Source: Lama glama
Taxonomy: Eukaryota
Direction of reading: 5' to 3'
DNA length: 64,000 bases
Assembly: GCA_028534125.1 (NCBI GenBank)
Contig: CM052827.1
Coordinates: 15,810,001-15,874,000 of the forward strand
Part shown: positions 1 to 13,569 of the stretch, piece by piece
How the letters are laid out: the number at the start of each line of letters is the position of its first letter
How positions within the stretch are numbered: position 1 is the stretch's first letter
The notes under the pieces: generated by a model
What the model was told of the DNA's origin: nothing
Databases searched by the model: none
The model's input: the letters and a program-made list of their open reading frames with translations, nothing else
Made by a program: the position numbers and the translations under genes

Positions 1-43
1 TGTATGAAGAAAGGATGTGAATAATTGTGAACAGAGGTTTAAC

Positions 44-552
44 TGTGGTTGATTGCAAAAGTGGTCCAAATTCTTCATCACCCTGTATCCATGACCTTTG
101 CAGTTTTATTTTGTAGCTCCTCCCGTGAAGAAATAGACTATTGTCCCTTTCCTCTAGGCTGCCTTTATGACTCAGTTTGGCTGAGAGATTGCTAAAGAAA
201 TGATGCTAGGTCAGTTCTGAGTCTAGCCCCCCAAATCCTCTTGCACCTCTCAGGTCCCTTTTGGAACTCTGTGACCATTGAACAAGCCCCAGCTAGCCTG
301 CTGGAAGATGAGAAACGACATGGAGCAGAGAAGAGTTCTGCTAGCTGGAGCTATTAAAAGCAGCTAACACAGCTGATCCACCAGCTGACCACAGAAGCAT
401 GAGTTTCCCTCACTGAGATTAGCTGGTCTTAGCCCAGATCAGCAGAACAGTCCAGCTGACCTACAGACTCAAATTTAAAAATTTTAGGTTGTTATTTTTG
501 GCCATTAATAGGCTTAAAATGGATGAAGCATTATGCAGCAATAGTTGATACA
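44..552 (+). mobile_element. MaLR solo LTR, MLT1H-like
   Basis: TG..CA termini; TGTGGTTGGATTGCAAAAGTGGTCCAAATTCTTC start, AACAAGCCCCAGCTAGCCTGCTGGAAGATGAG core and GCAGCAATAGTTGATACA end match the MLT1H-type consensus as recalled. Confidence 0.8.
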
Positions 553-926
553 GAAAACTCTAGCTCATTATATTACTCATCACACCTCAAAACCCAGGAC
601 CTGGAAATTAATTTCTTCCCAGGCACTATTATGATGTTGCTCTGACCCTGTTTGTCTCTGTTCCCTCCATTTCCTGGGAACCCCAGAAACTCAGCACCAA
701 GGTCTGTATTCAGTGCTTTAGTTTTCTTCAGTCAGGGGTATTCCAAGAAATCCCACTTCTTCTCCCATCTCCTATACTTCTTGATGCTTTTTTATTTTTA
801 TTTTTTGCTGTATTTTGGAGTGTGCTTTCTAGCATCTGTGTTTGTTTAGTCAGAGCCTAAAATGTTATCTCTATGATGGAGGATGAAGGATCACTCAAGG
901 AATCCCTGCCCTAGGTTCATCTTTTA

Positions 927-966
927 GTTAACAATGCAGACCTGGTGTTAACAGTGCAGACCTGGT
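927..966. repeat. 20-bp tandem duplication GTTAACA(A/G)TGCAGACCTGGT x2
   Basis: Directly visible, one mismatch between copies. Confidence 0.9.
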
Positions 967-1622
967 GGAGCAGCACTGCCACTAAGAATCAAACAAATGG
1001 AGGCCACTTCACCTCCACATCACAACCAAGACTCAAGAATAAAACATAAAAGCTATTCCCAGTGCTTTGGGGAAACACAGGGTGGTAGAGCTGTTGAATG
1101 CAAGCAGGCATGTTGCATGACTCCCATGTGTTTTCCAGGAATTGAGGACAAAGTTCTAGACTCTTATCTCCCTGGGGGTGGAGACAGGGTGAGGAAAACC
1201 GATGCCTCTAAGTGGATGGTGTATACCATTACCTCTTCTATCTTTCCTTCCCAGGCGCCTCCCAAGACAAAGCAAAATTCTACCTCACGTACCCTAACAA
1301 TATTGGCCATACCGTAAGACATGCCAGATAGACCTCCTGAGGGACACTATGGTCAATAAGGCAAGATTTTTGCCCTCAAAGACCTTAAAGTCGCACAAAC
1401 TATGAAGGTAGGATATGTGTGAGATAGTAGAAAATGCCAAAAAGAAGAATCCTTGGTTCATCTAGATGACCCACTCAGATGCACATACATAAAATGAGCC
1501 CCAGAGCAGGGAAGCATTCTGCCAAAACATTGAAAGCCTGGATCAACCTAGCATCCTGGCCTTCCAGCCCAAATACCTTTTCTACTACATCATGATCCAT
1601 GCAAATGCCTGCAAACTTCTTA

Positions 1623-1682
1623 GATGGTGATGATGACCGTGATGATGATTGTGACAATGACAACAACCATGATGATGATGAC
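1623..1682. repeat. Degenerate (GAT)n low-complexity tract
   Basis: gatggtgatgatgaccgtgatgatgatt...gatgatgatgac. Confidence 0.7.
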
Positions 1683-3264
1683 TTATTGGATCATGGTGTA
1701 AATGAGAGTATCCACATTTATGTTTGATACTGCATGGTAGTTCTCAGTTGCTCCAGGACTAACATATTCTCCAACTCTCCCTTGGATAAAGGAGTTTATT
1801 GTTCATTTTGCCCAAAGAGGAGAAAGAACTAGATACAGAGAAACTTCTTAGGCACTATGCTAAGTTTTCAACAGAGTAATATTGGGTCCTGAGAGACTAG
1901 GCTTCTGTGATCTTTAACTCATTTTATCCTGATGAGATAAAGGCCAGAGCAGACCACCCCAAGGCTCCCATCTTACTTGTATAACTGCTGCTGGAATATC
2001 CACACGTTCTATTTTGGAGTTGGATTCTCAGTCTGAAGAATTGATTTGTGTAATTAGGCAAGTGATTTTGTAGGAAGATTTTGCATGAATTTGCAATATA
2101 ATTTTCTTTTTCTGTAACTGTTAATTGAAATCATTTATCAGGTTTTTGAGCTGAAAAAAAGTTAACTTTGAAAAAAAAGGTGTGAACTGCTCATTTTTTA
2201 TGCAATCTCAACATTGTCTTTGATGCACACATTAATTCCTTATTTACAATTAGGGCTGCTGACTTCCTCAGTCTGGATAAGAAGTGGCCTGCTTTAACCC
2301 TTAGTGGGTGAGTATTTTCAGACCCAACAACTGCTAATAGTTGTCTTTACTCTTCCTTCTCCTCATGTCATCACCCTAGGAAATTTCGGAGCTAAAATTG
2401 CCATTAAAATGATCAAATAAGAATCTTGGTCCCCAAACACAAGTATTCAATAAATGTAACTATTTTTTTTATAATTCAATTAACATTTATTCTAAGCAAT
2501 CATTTTGCCAGGGTCGAGATAGAAGTTTAACTTCAGTAAAAGTGGGAACTACTCTAATCGCTTCCCCACCAGTTGCTTCTAGGTTTTAAGACATATTTAG
2601 TACCCAGGTTCTTCATGCTATGACCCTCAATGTCATTTGTCTACCCTGACACTCACTAGGATGCCCATTCCCATGTCTAGTCTGAGTCATTGGTCCATTC
2701 CAATGACTATGAGATGTCCTGTTCTGTCCAGCCCAAGGACAATTCATCCACCCATTCCCATCCTGCCCTCAAGTACATGGGGGAGTGAGATGCTTGCTTC
2801 TGTACTTGCTTGCTATCTGGAATTTCCACCAGATTGCCCAAAGCATTGTCTTCTTCAGTGAGCTTCTTGCCTTCACTGGTTTCTTCCCAGGGAACTGTGC
2901 AGGCCACCACTTCTTTAAAGTTCCTACTAAGCTTTCTGGGTTATCCTCCCACTCTCTGGGATTCAACCTAGGGCACAGTTCAACAACCCCTTCAGGGAAC
3001 ATAGATTTCTCTGTCTTTCTCCCTTCACTCCAGCCTAAAATCCTTTCTTAGACTTGGGAGGAGACTCTTAGTCATGATGTTTTCTTTTAAGATGTTGTTC
3101 CACCAACAGTGGGAAACACTCTCAGAAGGACAAGAAGAAACAGAAATGGTTAGTTCTTCCTGTGACATGACCACAGGGTGCCTGGAATTTATCCTTAATG
3201 AACTGTCCTCAGCTATGGTTAATTACTGGACCACCAGAGGCAGAGAACAGGGGAAGGGTAGAGA

Positions 3265-3375
3265 TTCACACTCATTTTCAATGGCTGTATAGTTTTCCAT
3301 TACATGGATTTACTAGAGTTTTAGTCAATTGTTGAATGTCCATGTTGTTTCCAAATGTTTACTATTATAAACTAC
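3265..3375 (-). mobile_element. Old L1 (L1ME-like) 3' region, left part of an interrupted element
   Basis: ttttcaatggctgtatagttttccatt...gttgtttccaaatgtttactattataaac is the antisense L1 3' pattern; it resumes at ~5248. Confidence 0.6.
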
Positions 3376-3379
3376 ACCA

Positions 3380-5247
3380 AGTTAGAGAAAAGGAAAAAGA
3401 TATCGATTAGGAAATTGTGTCTACATAAAGAAAAGAGCATTAGAGAAGGAATAAATGAAGGTAAAAATTTTTTAAAATGTATTTTTCTCATTCTTAATTG
3501 TTCAAACTAATAATAGTAACAATGTGACTACAACTTATAGATAAGGAAAATGAATGACAGTAATGTTGCAAGGGACAGGAAGGAGAAACACGGAATACTC
3601 TGTTACATGGTAACTGTGCTTACCATGAAGCTGCTAAAGATACTTGAAATTAGGCTTAGATTAGTTGTAAATGTATATTGTAAGCTCTAGTGCAATTACT
3701 AAAAAAATTTGTGTAATGTCATATTAAGAGGAGAGAAAGTAAAATCATATAAAATGCTCAGTTAAAACCAGAGAAAGCAGAAAAAAAGTGGAAGAAGAAA
3801 CCAGCAACAAAGAACAAGTACAATAAATTTAAAAATTACAAATATGGTAGCTATTACATCAACTATATCAATAATCACTTTAAATGTGAATGATTTAAAT
3901 ATACCAATTAAAAGATGGAAAATGTCAGAGTGGATAAAAAACAAAACTCAATCACATGCTGTCTACCAGAAATTCACTTTCAATAAAAAGACATACAGAT
4001 AGATTTAAAGCAAAGGAATGGAGAAAGATATAGTAAGCTAACACTAATCAAAATCAAAACATCATATTAATTTCAGACCAAACAGACTTCAGAACAAGGA
4101 AAATTATCGGACATAAAGAGGGATATTACGTGAAAATCAAAGAGTAAATTTTTCAAGAGGACGTAACAATACTTAATGTGAGAGTCAAAATACCTCAGGC
4201 AAAAATGGATAAAGTGATAAACAAGTGTACCGTTATGGACTTCAACACCCCTGTGTCAGTAATTAGCAGATTCACTAGGTAGAAAATCAGGGAGGATATG
4301 ATCAAACTAAACAGAACCATCAATCAATTGACATTTATAGAATATTTCATCCAACAACAGCCGAATACATAGTCTTCTTACATTTCTATGGAACATTTGT
4401 CAAGCTGTACCACATTCTGGAACATATAATACTCTTAACAAATATAAAAAATAGAAATCATACAATATCTGCTCTGAAACCACAATAAAATTAAACTAGG
4501 AAGAAATAACAGAAAAAAAAAACAGGAAAATCCCTAAATATCTGGAAATGTAACAGTACACTTTTACATGACACAAGAATCAAAGAAATGTTCAAAGAAA
4601 TTAAAAAATAGTTGAGCTACGTGAAAATAAAAATACAACCTGTTAACATTTATGAGATGCAGTCAAAGCAGAATTTAGAGGAAAATTTATAGCATTAAAA
4701 TGTATATATTAATNNNNNNNNNNNNNNNNNNNNNNNNNNNNNNNNNNNNNNNNNNNNNNNNNNNNNNNNNNNNNNNNNNNNNNNNNNNNNNNNNNNNNNN
4801 NNNNNNNNNNNNNNNNNNNNNNNNNNNNNNNNNNNNNNNNNNNNNNNNNNNNNNNNNNNNGAGAAAAATCAACAGCTTGCCTTTTAAAAGATCAATAAAA
4901 TTATAAACCTCTAGCCAGGCCAACCGAGAAAAGGAGAGAGAACACACAATTACCAATAACAAAAATGAAAAAGGGGTCTTCACTAATGATCTCATGGATA
5001 GTAAAAGGATAACAAAGGAATTTTATCAACAACTCTACATCCATAAATTTGATGCCCTAGATGAAACTGACAAACTCCTCAAAAGATAAAATATATTAAA
5101 ACTCAGACATGGAGAAACAGACAATATGAATAGGCTTATATCCATTAAAGAAACTGAATCAATAACTAATAACCTTTTCAAAAAGAGCACCAATCCAGAA
5201 GTGAATTCTATCAAACATTTAAAAAAGAAATGGTATCATCTCTCTAA
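3380..5247 (+). mobile_element. L1M fragment: inter-ORF region and degenerate ORF2 endonuclease N-terminus
   Basis: ~3866 reads ISIITLNVNDLNIPIKR (L1 ORF2 start); later GDFN-like ggacttcaacaccc, accacattctgg, KFIAL and KINK..KPLA motifs; many frameshifts. Confidence 0.9.
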
Positions 5248-5620
5248 ACAGCCTTAGCAAGAGTATCCTTGCAGCTAAATATTTGTCCACACATAATAAT
5301 AATTTCCATAAGATACATTCCTGGAAAGGAATGACTGGGTTAAAAGTAAATACATTGATAACATTTGGTAAGTATTGCCATGTTACTCTACGAAGTTGGC
5401 TACTAGTTTACAAGGTGTTAATTTTTCTGCCAGCTTGCTAACTTTGAGAACTGGTCATTTTTGTCTTTGCTTCTTTTATAGGTGAAAGATATGAACCCAT
5501 TAATACTTAAACTGCACTTCTTTGACCAAATAGATATAAAATAATTTTAGTTATTTTAGTGTATTTTTTGGCCATGCATATTTTTTTAGTTCTAAACTAT
5601 CTTTTAATGTCCATCAGTAT
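5248..5620 (-). mobile_element. Old L1 (L1ME-like) 3' region, right part
   Basis: atccttgcagctaaatatttg...agatacattcctggaaaggaatgactgggttaaaag continues the antisense L1 from 3375. Confidence 0.6.
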
Positions 5621-5639
5621 TATTTTAATAGTAGCATTA

Positions 5640-5830
5640 TATAACGTTTAAATTTGCCAACTACTGTTCTAAGTACTTTACAGATGCCAACTAAACTGAA
5701 TCCTCCTGATCTCCCAATGTATCAGGCAATGTTGTTACTTCCATTTTACAAATAAGAAAATTGGAGCATAAAAAGATTAAATTGTCTGAGGTCACGTGAA
5801 GTAGGAATTTAAGTGTGCCACAATGGTGGA
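5640..5830 (-). mobile_element. MIR SINE
   Basis: actgttctaagtactttaca...ccattttacaaataagaaaattggagc...gaggtcac MIR core. Confidence 0.75.
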
Positions 5831-6149
5831 ATTTGTACTTTTTTAGAATACACACACACACACACACGTGCATGCACAAGTAACACACACACAATTTTCC
5901 AAGCAAGATACCAAAGGCAGACACCATGAAAGGGTTAATATAGGGATTTGATACAATAAATATTATTTCAATTCTATAAGTATCAACATATATTGTAATT
6001 AAAACAGAAACAACAAGCTGAGTAAAATATTACATACTGTAGAATAAACGTTCTTCTCAACCTCCACCTTCCTCCATCTGCCAATGGTATATACATACCA
6101 TATATATATATACCCCCACATTTGCTTCTATTACTTCTATGATTTTATT

Positions 6150-7325
6150 ATTTACATTTTGTCTGCATGAAACTTGCTTTGATTATTGGTATGAAATTTT
6201 TTTTTTAAAGTTTAGCCATTATTCCAACACGTTGAATAAAGCCATCTATCCTTTGTCCACAGGTTTTAAATTCCATATTACATAACCCTAGGCACACTTC
6301 TGAATTTTTTCTTCTGGTCCATTTGTTTGTCATAGAAAATAAAACTATGCCGATTTTATTATTGTATTTGCATATCGTGTAAAGGTCAAGACTTCCTGAA
6401 TTACTGTATATAAATTTTTTCTTGACTATTTAACTTGTTGTTTCTTTGATAGACCTTAAGTCATTTTGTTGATTTCTTAAAAAAAAACATATAATTTATA
6501 CCAATTACATTTCATATTAGTTATAATCACTGCTCAATTGTCCTAGCATTTAGAGAAACAATCTAATTAATTAAAAGTCATAATAATTTTGGTTTTTTTC
6601 CTATATATTTATACTGGCCATGTATTTAAAATTTTTTGCAGTGTCTGGAATTTTCAGAAAATGATTTTAAATATTATATATATACACACATGCACACAAT
6701 ATGTGCATATACACAATATATTCTACTCTTTTACTTTTTCTAATTTCTTTAAATTCTTGTCTTAACTGGTTCTATTTTTTCTGTGAATTTTTTTATTGTC
6801 ATATTTCTAAGTCTTTGAGTTAATACTCAGCTCATTAAAATTTGTGTTGAAAATAAAAACATGTCATGTTTTAAATTTTTTTCTCTGAGAAACTTTGACC
6901 ATTTTTAGGATTTGATATGCAGATTTTTCATTGTCATCTTTATATAAATACAATACAATTTGAATTTGTATTTGACAAATAGGTATTTGAGAGTGTTATT
7001 TAATTTCCTAATGATTGTTATTTTTATTAAATATTCATAATTAATTATTACTTTATTATGCTTTGGTTAGGTCTGCTAGGAAATAAAGCATATTCTCTAT
7101 AAGGTAAAGTGTTATTCAGATTTTCTCACTTTTTTCCTATTTGATTTGTCAAAGACAAAATCAAATTTAGGAATGTCATTATAATTGCATTTTTCCCAAT
7201 TCTCTTTGTATTTCTAAAGACATTGTCACTGGGTAAAATTTCTTCCATCTGCCAGCATTCATGTCTGTCAGCTTCTGTTTGGGGTGATGTTGTGAGTTTG
7301 CCGTTTTCCCCATTTGCACTTGGGC
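6150..7325 (-). mobile_element. Highly decayed L1 ORF2 fragments
   Basis: T-rich strand bias and L1-like words (gttgaataaagccatctatcctttg, tatttgagagtgttatttaatttcc). Confidence 0.45.
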
Positions 7326-7329
7326 AGAA

Positions 7330-7378
7330 TGTGTGTGTGTGTGTGTGTGGGCATGCATGTGTGTATGTGCACATGTGC
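7330..7378. repeat. (TG)n microsatellite with degenerate purine-pyrimidine tail
   Basis: Directly visible. Confidence 0.9.
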
Positions 7379-8404
7379 TGAGCATGGAGGTGTAGCTAAA
7401 TCAACGACTTCTAGCCAGATGCCCTTTGGAACAGGAAATGGTCTTCCTTAGGCCCGCTTACTCTCCATCCTTCATTCTGCCATCAGTCAAACATGGTTGA
7501 GACCTCAACGAGGCGGAGTGAGGAAGGGAGGGCTCACCTGGGAGATGGAGTGTAAGTATAAACATAACATACTGTTATCTTAGCGCATGAGTCCTGGTTA
7601 TAACCTCAGCAGTCCAGGCTTTATTTCCAGTTCCTTCTTAACTAGCTGGCCCCTCTTCCTCTGGCTCTATGATTGCAAAGGATGTGATGATCATTTTGCA
7701 TTCAAAATGGCCTTACCTCCAGGAGTGACTTGATACATTTAAATGTATGTGAAAAACAATTTTTAAAAAATTCACCCAAACAGGTGCATCTCAGTGATGA
7801 TAGCTGTGTGTTCTTTGTCACTTGGGAAAGAGATCATGAAACTCAGTGTCAAACCCAAAGGAAGTCAGTTGTCTGAGGGGCAGGGTACCCAGTGTGACAC
7901 CTTCTTTTCTAAAAATTCAATAATGCTTCCTGGAGAAATTGACTGCTTTATTCTGTCTTTCCCTGGGCTGAGATGCTGTGATCAAAAGACCAACAAATAG
8001 GAAATGCAAAACCCGGCCAAAAGCTGAGGACCAGCATTACTCTTAAGGCACCCTCTCCAATAAATTCCACCATGCACCACTCCCAAGACACCCTCCCACT
8101 CTCTGAAGTCTATCCTTTTGTATATTTTATCCTGGTATTTTCTGATCAGAGATTCTTAGGCAGTAAGGAATCATTAGATTCCAGACAAATCCCATCCAGC
8201 ATTTGAATTCCCTTTGTTTTATTCCACCCAGAGAATCCTTCCTCTTTCCTTCCCCCATCTGTTGCCATATATAAAATCTCAGTACTTACCTCTGAGCCAT
8301 TTCTCATGCTGTCTGCCACCCTCAATTAGATGGTACACGTTCCACCCCTTTGTCTAGTTGAATCCATTCTTCAAAGCCTAGTACAAGTTGTACCTTTCCA
8401 ATAA

Positions 8405-8575
8405 CTTTTTAAATTTAAATTTAAATTTAAATTTTTTAATTGAAGTATAGTTGATTTATACTGTTGTATTAGTTTCTGGTGTACACATAGTGTTTCCATT
8501 ATATGTGCATTTTTTCATATTCTTTTCCATTACAGATTTCTACAAGCCATTGATTATAGTTCCCTATGCTATGAT
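8405..8575 (-). mobile_element. 5'-truncated cetartiodactyl-type L1 3' end, apparently inserted in a decayed L2 (~8300-8770)
   Basis: ttttaattgaagtatagttgatttatactgttgtattagtttctggtgtaca...attatagttccctatgctat matches the artiodactyl L1 3'UTR; tail decayed to (TTTAAA)n. Confidence 0.8.
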
Positions 8576-10239
8576 TTTTTTTGACCAATAATTGATCCCT
8601 GTTTTTTGACATTCCTAGTTGAAATATGCATAATAATACTCAATTTCAAATTGTACTTTCAAGCGTTATTCTCGCTGGTTTTTAGACTGTCCAATAAACT
8701 AGTAAGCTACTTGGGGCATGTAGTAACTTCCTCCTATTCTCCTTGACCTAGTCTGACATAGTTGATTGAATTGCTTTTCTCGGTGCAAAGAAGGAATTGT
8801 CATGGCTTTAGTTTAGTTCTGAAAAAGACAATGCAGTTTCTCATATTTAATCAAAGTCCAAATCAAAAGATGGTTCATGTAAGTGTGGTTTCTGGTTCAC
8901 ATTTATTCTCATCTGCCTTCGTGAGAGCCTCCTCCCCTCCTGCTCCCAGTGATGAGGTGTTTATTTGGACTTTTTGGCCCACGTGCCATTTTCAGAGACT
9001 GGAACGCTCTTTCATGCACATGCACATGCAGAGAAGGGTGATGCCTCCCTCCTCAGCCTCACATAAGAGATGATCTGCTAGGCTTTCATATCCAAATTCC
9101 ATCTATTTTAATGTACGGTAATTGCACCATATCAAGTTTCTGCCTGCAGCACCACACGCCTTAACTTTCCACTGTCTAGCACCTCCTGTCATCTGTAAAG
9201 GGGGCTAGGAACAGAGTGAGCTGCGAATGAAAGAACAAACACACCAAGCCCCCCAGCACCCCTCCCCCCAGCACCACCAGTCATCCCACCTGACCCACCA
9301 CCAGAACCTCCCAATGTTAAGAACTTGGAGGACAACACAAACACCACCACTCTGCAATCCAGTAACACGGTCTCAGATCTGGAGAGTGAGGAGGTTTCGT
9401 CTGCCATCAGTTCAGGAAAGTATTTTAGACGCAACTCTAGCCTTGGCCAAGTAGAGTTATACTGAATCACCGTCTCTCCGTATTTGTGCTGGGGGTGAGT
9501 GAGGGAGGAAACTGAAGACGTGTATAAAGGTGCAGGTTTTGGTTATATAAATTCTGCAAAATCAGATATCACTTTTGGAATTCTTAAAATGTGTGTGTTG
9601 TAAATCTCAGACTCTGTGAGTCGGTGCAAATGCTCTCTTGCTAGGAAGACTAAGATCAAGAAGGGAGAGGTGCTTTCAGGGAAGCCTGGCAGTGCAGTAA
9701 GATGGCTTATAAGCTCCTTGAGGGCAGATGCTAATTTGTGCCCACCTTGAAGCATCCAGTGGCCTTCACAGCATTCAAATAGCATCCATCTGAACTTGCT
9801 AGACTGAACTAAACTGCATCAGCAAATGAAACGATGCACTTGGGAGTTAGATTCCCCTGTGAGGGAATGGCTTAGGGTCATCCTGAGTCCATTAAGCAAT
9901 GCTGGACACAGAATTTCCTTTGGTACAAAGGCTGAATCCAGAAATCCCTCAACAGTGGTCCACTTCAGATCCCCAGACACATCTGCATCTCCCCCACCTC
10001 CAGGCCCAATGCCATATCCTACTCATTGTCTTGTTCACCATATCTACACAACTCATGCTGTGTGGGCATCACCAGTGGAGAAACCTCCCCTCTACAAATA
10101 TGAATTTGTCATTTGGAGGAAGCTGAGTAAATTCTGCAGCTTCTGCAACATGGGCTACTGAGCATCAGAGCCAGAAGGACCCTGTGAGATCACTGACAAA
10201 ACAGAAAGTGGAGGTCTAAAACAGCCAAGGATTCTCTGA

Positions 10240-10630
10240 GGATAAGCCAGAAAAATCACCTGGTCAAATTAAATATAAAGAGAAGGCTATTGAGCAGCTT
10301 CCAGAACTCACCGGGTGAAGAGCCTGGAATACGAGACCTAGCAGCAAGACTGAAGCCAGAACAAGGTGCCACTTAACTCAGGACCCACTCTTGCTAGAAT
10401 GAGCATCATCTACATCATGTGCTTAGTCCCAGGTCCAAGTCTAGGAAGAAAGAATATGATTGGTTGAGCTTGGGTCACATGCCTGATCTTTGATGCCTAA
10501 AGGACAAAGAAAGGAAGATTCTGGTGCAAGGGACTCAAGGGTCTTCTGCTACTTCTATACAAGGAGGGAATGGATCTGGATCCTCTGTCCCCATGAAACT
10601 ACATACAATCGAAGAAGGGACATTCTTCCT
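10240..10630 (-). mobile_element. Old MaLR LTR (MLT1K/L-like)
   Basis: tgattggttgagcttgggtcacatgcct diagnostic word. Confidence 0.5.
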
Positions 10631-11785
10631 AAGGGTCCTGCCATGGGTCCAATCCTAACACTTACAGGCATTCCCATAGGAGTATAAATATTTTTAAAAG
10701 TTACAAATCAAATTACAAACTGTTACACAAAACATGTTACAGCCTCCTCCCTGGATAAATATAGCTTTATAACAGCCTGTAAGGTCAAGTTTGGGTTTAG
10801 AATCCCAAATGCCTTGGGATTCTTTCTACACAAGGAGAATGCACCCAGTCTTACTCCCCACCACTGCACACCCCTCTCCTCAGTTTGCAGACCACTTCCT
10901 TCCCACCTCCACTCTCCCCTGCACCCTGAAGGACCTCCCATTCACACATGTGAACCCCCAGCCTGCATGTGCATGCTCTATCCATTCTGCTCAAGAGCAG
11001 CAGACCCTTGGTCATACCTCCAACCCAGGGTGTACGGTCTGCACTTGGGAGACTGAACCCATGGAAGAAGTCAGTGCAGGCCTGCCTGTGGATGCAGGAC
11101 CACTTGGACAGAGGGTCCAGAGAAGGAGGCAGGGGCTTCAGCCACATCTCCTGTCCTGTCAGGAGGGGCACAGCTTGTAGGGGTGCCAGTGGGGTGCAAG
11201 ATTGGGGCTTTTCTTGCTCCCGTCTAGGGGCAGAACTGCACTATTAGTTAGGAGGGAATGGGGGCTGATAAGAAGGAAAAAGAGAAAGACACACATTCCT
11301 CTTATGACACAGACAGGGGCTGGGGTGGTTCCCGGCAAGTATCTGAGAACTGCCTAGTGGCAGAACGAGGACCAGGCCCTGAGTCATACAACCCATCACT
11401 TCAGCCCCAGTGCTAGGTAGCAGATCATAAAAAAACTGGGATGCTCAAATATTTTCTTGAGGGACTTTCTACCCAAGGATATACTCAGGTCCCCAAACCT
11501 AAGCTATTACTCACTTGGCTAAGCTGCCCCCATCAAGATTTCAAGGAGCCAATTTCTAGAGACCCTTGAAAATGTTCCCCACAATCTGTGCTCAATGCAT
11601 TTTTCCCTCCGTTGCTCCAGCTGGGCTTACATCCATGTCACTCCCCTGACACAGGACGAGAGCATCGTCAGCTGCCAACCCGCTGGATGCCACCATCACG
11701 TCACTTCTCTCCAACTTCGTGGACTCAACTGACCTTCATACATCAAACCAAATTTGCATACCTGAAATAAATTCTCCTTGATCCT

Positions 11786-12172
11786 TGTTATGATCTGAAT
11801 TATGTCTCCTCAAAATTCATATATTGAAACACTAACCCCAGCACTCCCGAATATGACTATATTTGGTGATAAGTTCTTTTAAAAAGGTAATTAAGTTAAA
11901 ATGGGGTCATTAGAGTGGGCCCTTATACAACATGACTGATTTCCTTCAAAGAAGTGGAGACCAGGACACAGGCAACACAGACCCAGGGATGAGATCTGAG
12001 GACACAGCACGAAGACAGCCATCTGCATGCCAGAGAGGCCTCAGAAGAAACCAACCCTGCTGATACCCTGATCTTAGACCTCTAGCCTCCAGAACTGTGA
12101 GAAAATAAATCCTTGTTGTCTGAGCCACCAGCCTGTGGTCTTTTACTTTGACTGCCCTAGAAAACTGATGCA
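11786..12172 (+). mobile_element. MaLR solo LTR, MLT1B-like
   Basis: TGTTATGATCTGAATTATGTCTCCTCAAAATTCATATATTGAA start; ctctagcctccagaactgtgagaaaataaat near the end; 5-bp TSD atcct/atcca. Confidence 0.9.
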
Positions 12173-12177
12173 ATCCA

Positions 12178-13545
12178 GGTATATAATTACTTTTATGCAT
12201 TGCTGGATTTGATTGATTAATATCTTGTTAGAATTTCTGTGTGTGTAGGTTTACAAGAATTACTGATCTTTCTTTGCTTCTTTTCCTTCTTTTTTTGTAC
12301 TTGTCTGTCTGGTTTTGGTGTCACAGTAACACTGGCCTCATAAAATAAATTGTAAAGCGTTCCCTCTTATTTTATTTTCTGGATGAAAATTGTGTATAAT
12401 TGGTGCCAATTTTTCTTTAAAGTTTCATAGAATTCTCCAATGAAACCGCTTGGACATGGAGGTTCCTTTTTTGGGTAGATTTTTAATTACAGATTTAATC
12501 ACAGTAATGATTATGGGGCTATTCAGAATGTCTATTTCATCTTGGTTGAATTCTGTTAGGTTGTGGGTTTTTTTAAAACAATTGTCAAATATAAGGGTGT
12601 ACATTTGTTCATAATATACCTTTATTATCCTCTTAAAGTCTGTGGTGACAACCTCTGCTTAATTTCTCTAAGTGATTTGTGTCTTTTCTCTAATTTTGTC
12701 AGTCTTACTAGAAGTTTATCAATTTCATTGATTTTTTTTGAAAAAACATCTTTTTGCTCCATTGATTTTTCTCTGTTCTTTTCCTGTTTTCAATTTCATT
12801 AATTTCTGGTAGTATCTTTTTCTTTTTTACTTTCTTTCTTCCTGCTTTAGGTTTATTTTACCCTTCTTTTTCTAGTTTATGGAGTAGAAATTTTAATTTT
12901 AATTTAAAATGTTTACTCTTTTCTAATGTTAGTAGTCAGTACTCTAAATTTCCCTCTCAGCACTGCTTTAGCTGTATTTCACAGAATTTGTGATGTTGTA
13001 TTTTTTTTCATTCCCTTCAGTGTATTTTTAAAATTTCTCTAGAGACCTCCTTTTAACCCACTGATTCTTTGGGACTATGTTGTTTAAGGTCCAAGTGTTT
13101 GGAGATTTTTTGGTTTTATATCTCTTATTGACTTCTGTTTTGAGTCTATTATGATCAGGGAATATACTTTGTATAACTTCAGTTCTTTTAGATGTGTTGA
13201 TATTTATTTTATGGCCTCAAATATGTCAATGGGCACTTGAAGAGAATGTATAATATGCTATTGTTGGGTGGAGTATTTACTTCCTAGCCCCTTTCAAATT
13301 TTCTCTTTGCCTTTAGTTTTCAGAAATTTGATTATGATCTCGGCATGGGCTTCTCTGGATTTGTTCTGTTCACCCAGCTCCTCGAATGTGTTTGTTCATG
13401 CCACTGGGCTGCTCCTTGAGGCCTGAGGTCCCCGGGTACTGTGCCTTCTGCTTTCCACCTTTCCTGTGATTGTCTGCTATCTTGTGTCCAGGGGTTTTAG
13501 TTGAAAGAGGGAGGACTTGGAAGCAATGGTGCTATTTCATCTTAC
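12178..13545 (-). mobile_element. L1M ORF2 5' region plus upstream fragments
   Basis: Antisense L1 words ggttttggtgtcacagtaacactggcctcataaaat, agaattctccaatgaaacc, taaatttccctctcagcactgctttagctgtat. Confidence 0.85.
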
Positions 13546-13569
13546 AGCTCCTCCTGGATTTTAAGATGA

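Noticed and set aside
3860-5247. L1 ORF2 as an intact coding sequence
   Set aside because: Multiple frameshifts and stops; truncated at about the start of the reverse transcriptase region
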